This document shows positions 61,441 to 64,000 of a stretch of DNA of 64,000 nucleotides, piece by piece; the first letter of the stretch is position 1; the number at the start of each line of letters is the position of its first letter. The stretch lies in NCBI GenBank assembly GCA_030704615.1, contig CM060734.1:48918001-48982000 (forward strand), in the 5' to 3' direction. Position numbers and translations under genes: made by a program. The notes below the pieces were generated by a model. That model was not told the origin of the DNA. It saw only the letters and a program-made list of their open reading frames with translations, and did not search any database. The stretch comes from Takakia lepidozioides. Taxonomy: Eukaryota > Plantae > Bryophyta.

Positions 61441-63405
61441 ATGGCGGTCTCTCTCAGCTGCTTCTCTCCATCCTTGACACCAGCGTCCTCGCTCTCGCCC
61501 ATCGGAGCATATCGAGTGTCGTCGTCTCCCCGCTGCCTGCCTGGATTTTCTGTGAAGGTGTGGAATCACTTGGAGTGTAATGAGCTGGAGTTGATCTGTA
61601 GTGTAGGAATCTGCAAAGCAGTGGAGTATTGCAGAAATCCGTGGAGAGTAATGTTGGAGATGGAAAACTTCATGTGTTGTAATGAGCTTTCTAGCCCTAC
61701 CCAGGGCGTAGTGAATTCTTTCTTTCCCTTTCTTTTGCTGGTTTCCCTGACTGGCAGGGCCCGCGTTGATTATGTCTGTAAGAATTCGGTCGTCGTACTG
61801 AACATTATTTTCCAGCCATCTGTCCTTGAAAATCTCCCCCTCCCTTGCTCTGGACGTGAATTTCACATCCATGTGCATTCTTCTGTCTTTCTCATGTAGA
61901 TAGGCGGGTGATTAGGCGGGGATCAGGTGCCAGGCAGACCACGACAACAATGCGCCGGTCACTCGAAGGGGTGTAGTCATTGGCTTCACTGCGGCAACAA
62001 TGGCCGTGAGTCTTCTCTCTCTCTCATGCATTCCCACATTATGCCTCACGTAGCATCATTTCAAGTGCGCCAGGTTTGAGGTCAACATAGTGTGTGGGGG
62101 CAATGGCTAGGTCGGAGCATGTAGCTTGTTGCCTGTACATGAAGAAGCCAATGCAGCTGGAGAACAGGCAGTGTTTCTTAGTAAGTCTTCTTCACCCACT
62201 CTCTCTTTCCCTCCTCTTTTTGGATTCCCACTTGTATAAGTGTCCCCTGAACTGTGGCCATATGAAACTGTAGAAGGGACAATTTTTGGGCCAAGGCAAA
62301 CTCTTTGAAAACTAGTGGGAACTGATAGAGAGAGACCTGAGGGGCTGTCCTCTGTTCCCCCTTTACCTGCTCCAGTTAAACCTGGCTTCTCCATCTCTCT
62401 TTCCGTTCCAAATTGAGACACCTTCCACCGGCCTGGTTTGTGACTGAAAGGTCGCCACCATGCCAAAATTCTTGTGATGTTGCTCCTTTCGACTGAAGGT
62501 TTACCAGCTTGCAAATTATTCTCGAGCATCCACAAGTCACTTTCCTACAGTGACAATGACCTCCTGGTGATGTGATTTCAGCTGCAGATGCAGGAGTGGC
62601 AGGAGCTTTCAGCAAGTACTTAAAGAGGTGCGCAGTTGCAAGTATGTGGTCTTTCTGTTCCAGCACCTGCTTGCTCAATATCAGGGCTCATGCTTTCCTT
62701 CATCTAGATGATTTTATATGTCAGTGAGGAAGCTATGAGTTTTTAAATTTTTTGAGTGGATTCCTTAGGGCCTCTCTTCCTTAGGGCCTCAATGGTCAGA
62801 GAAGCTCTGCCACTGGGAATGGTCACTAGGCCTCATCAAAAGCTGTTGATGATTTTCGATTGGCAGTGTCTGATCTTATGTGGACACTGGTAGACTCTTC
62901 TGAAGTGTCTTCTTGTATACCAGAAAGAAGCTGGACCCACTTGACACCTATATACCAACAGTTCTGTTGGCACAACTCCAGTTCCAAGATGTTGGTATGA
63001 TTCTCTACACAGAAAATGTTATTGCAAAATTTAGGGTCTTTACATGGGGTTTGCGGTTATGGTTTTTGACCACCAAGTATTGTTGTGAATACTCTACCCA
63101 ACAGGAGGTCCAGAGGTTGAGTTTTGATTGTGCTGTCCTTGCCATCAAGCTGGACAAGGGGCAGATGCATTTTGAGTCAGTGATACACAAACAATGGCTC
63201 CTTCAGTTTGGATACTCCTCCTCCATGCCGTTCCTTCCTTCCCTGCATTGAAATGTTTGTAGTTTGGAAAGAATCTGATAGTGAGCATGAGGGTCTTTTT
63301 CCAACACAGGTGGCAAGCTAGTTGGAGAACAACCGGCATTTTCTGATGCCCGTTCCCTGTTGCGATCAGGGCCTGCAGGATCTCTTCGCACTGACATTCG
63401 TGCAG
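61441..63405 (+). CDS. Conserved plastid (probably thylakoid) protein of unknown function, 3' partial
   Basis: Transit-peptide-like exon from 61441; later exons give YLK-RKKLDPLDTYIPTVLLAQLQ (62582-62994) and ARSLLRSGPAGSLRTDIRA (63311-63405). Remaining exons presumably lie beyond the window. Confidence 0.65.
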
Positions 63406-64000
63406 TAAGCTGCAATTCTATATCTTGCTCATTCATAAATGCCTGCCAACATTTGCATCTGTAGTCTGGATAATCTGAATGTTATTTCTGGATGATGAGA
63501 TATTCTATCTATCCAAAGAACCTGAGGATGAAAATGAGTTAGTAGTAACCCAAAATGGTCAGGTCCAACATTCAAGGACAAGCTTTTGTAGAGGTACAGG
63601 GCAATCATGCAGAATCCTTATGTTGTTAAAATCATGGAACTGGTATAACCAGCATTGTAATCAAACTTTCGCTGGAGTTCCCGAACTGGGGCATCTCTTG
63701 GCACTTTCTTATTTTAGCACTTTTCTTATTAGCTTCTTCCATGGTTGGACGTGCTTTCAGTTTCTAGTCCCAGTTGGTGAAGACTGAGTTCAGAGCTGTT
63801 TCAAGGAATAGCAACTACAAACTGCATTTTTGAGTTTTCTTTGGCTCGCCATAGGTGATACAAGCAACTATCTAAAACTCTACCTGGTCCCTTCTCCCCA
63901 TTGCATGCCTCACATTCAACGAACTGGTATTTGGTGCATGGATCATTGATACACATGACATGTAGTTGTGTGCACGGGCAACGAGGTTAATTTACAGGGC

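Overview
Eukaryotic, intron-containing plant nuclear DNA, probably from a seed-free land plant (moss, lycophyte or fern grade; inferred from the long PLS-DYW editing factor and a Tcn1-like chromovirus). Apparently intact host genes: PLS-E-DYW PPR (2368-5217), plastid MATE/EDS5-like transporter (32052-39286), OEP7-like protein (47028-47261) head-to-head with a plastid CBS-domain gene (47742-51020), equilibrative nucleoside transporter (52362-54511), soluble pyrophosphatase with a U12-type intron (58042-60720) and a partial plastid protein (61441 onward). A GPI-anchored LTP (44490-45049) carries a frameshift. The 5-31 kb region is a nested transposon field. It holds piggyBac-like TTAA MITEs forming a long inverted repeat, hAT and CACTA-like MITEs, a 4-unit palindrome array and a CRE-like RLE non-LTR retrotransposon interrupted by a self-priming chromovirus whose 5' LTR has a 76-bp inversion. 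The main novelty is a decayed Crypton-like (DUF3504-type) tyrosine-recombinase element. Its gene is split mid-domain by an apparent ~3 kb inversion, and one breakpoint abuts a copy of an unnamed ~62-nt dispersed repeat found 6 times in the window. Gene fragments (PPR, DYW, kinesin-5, PPase exon) are scattered throughout. All calls were made by eye and exon boundaries are approximate.
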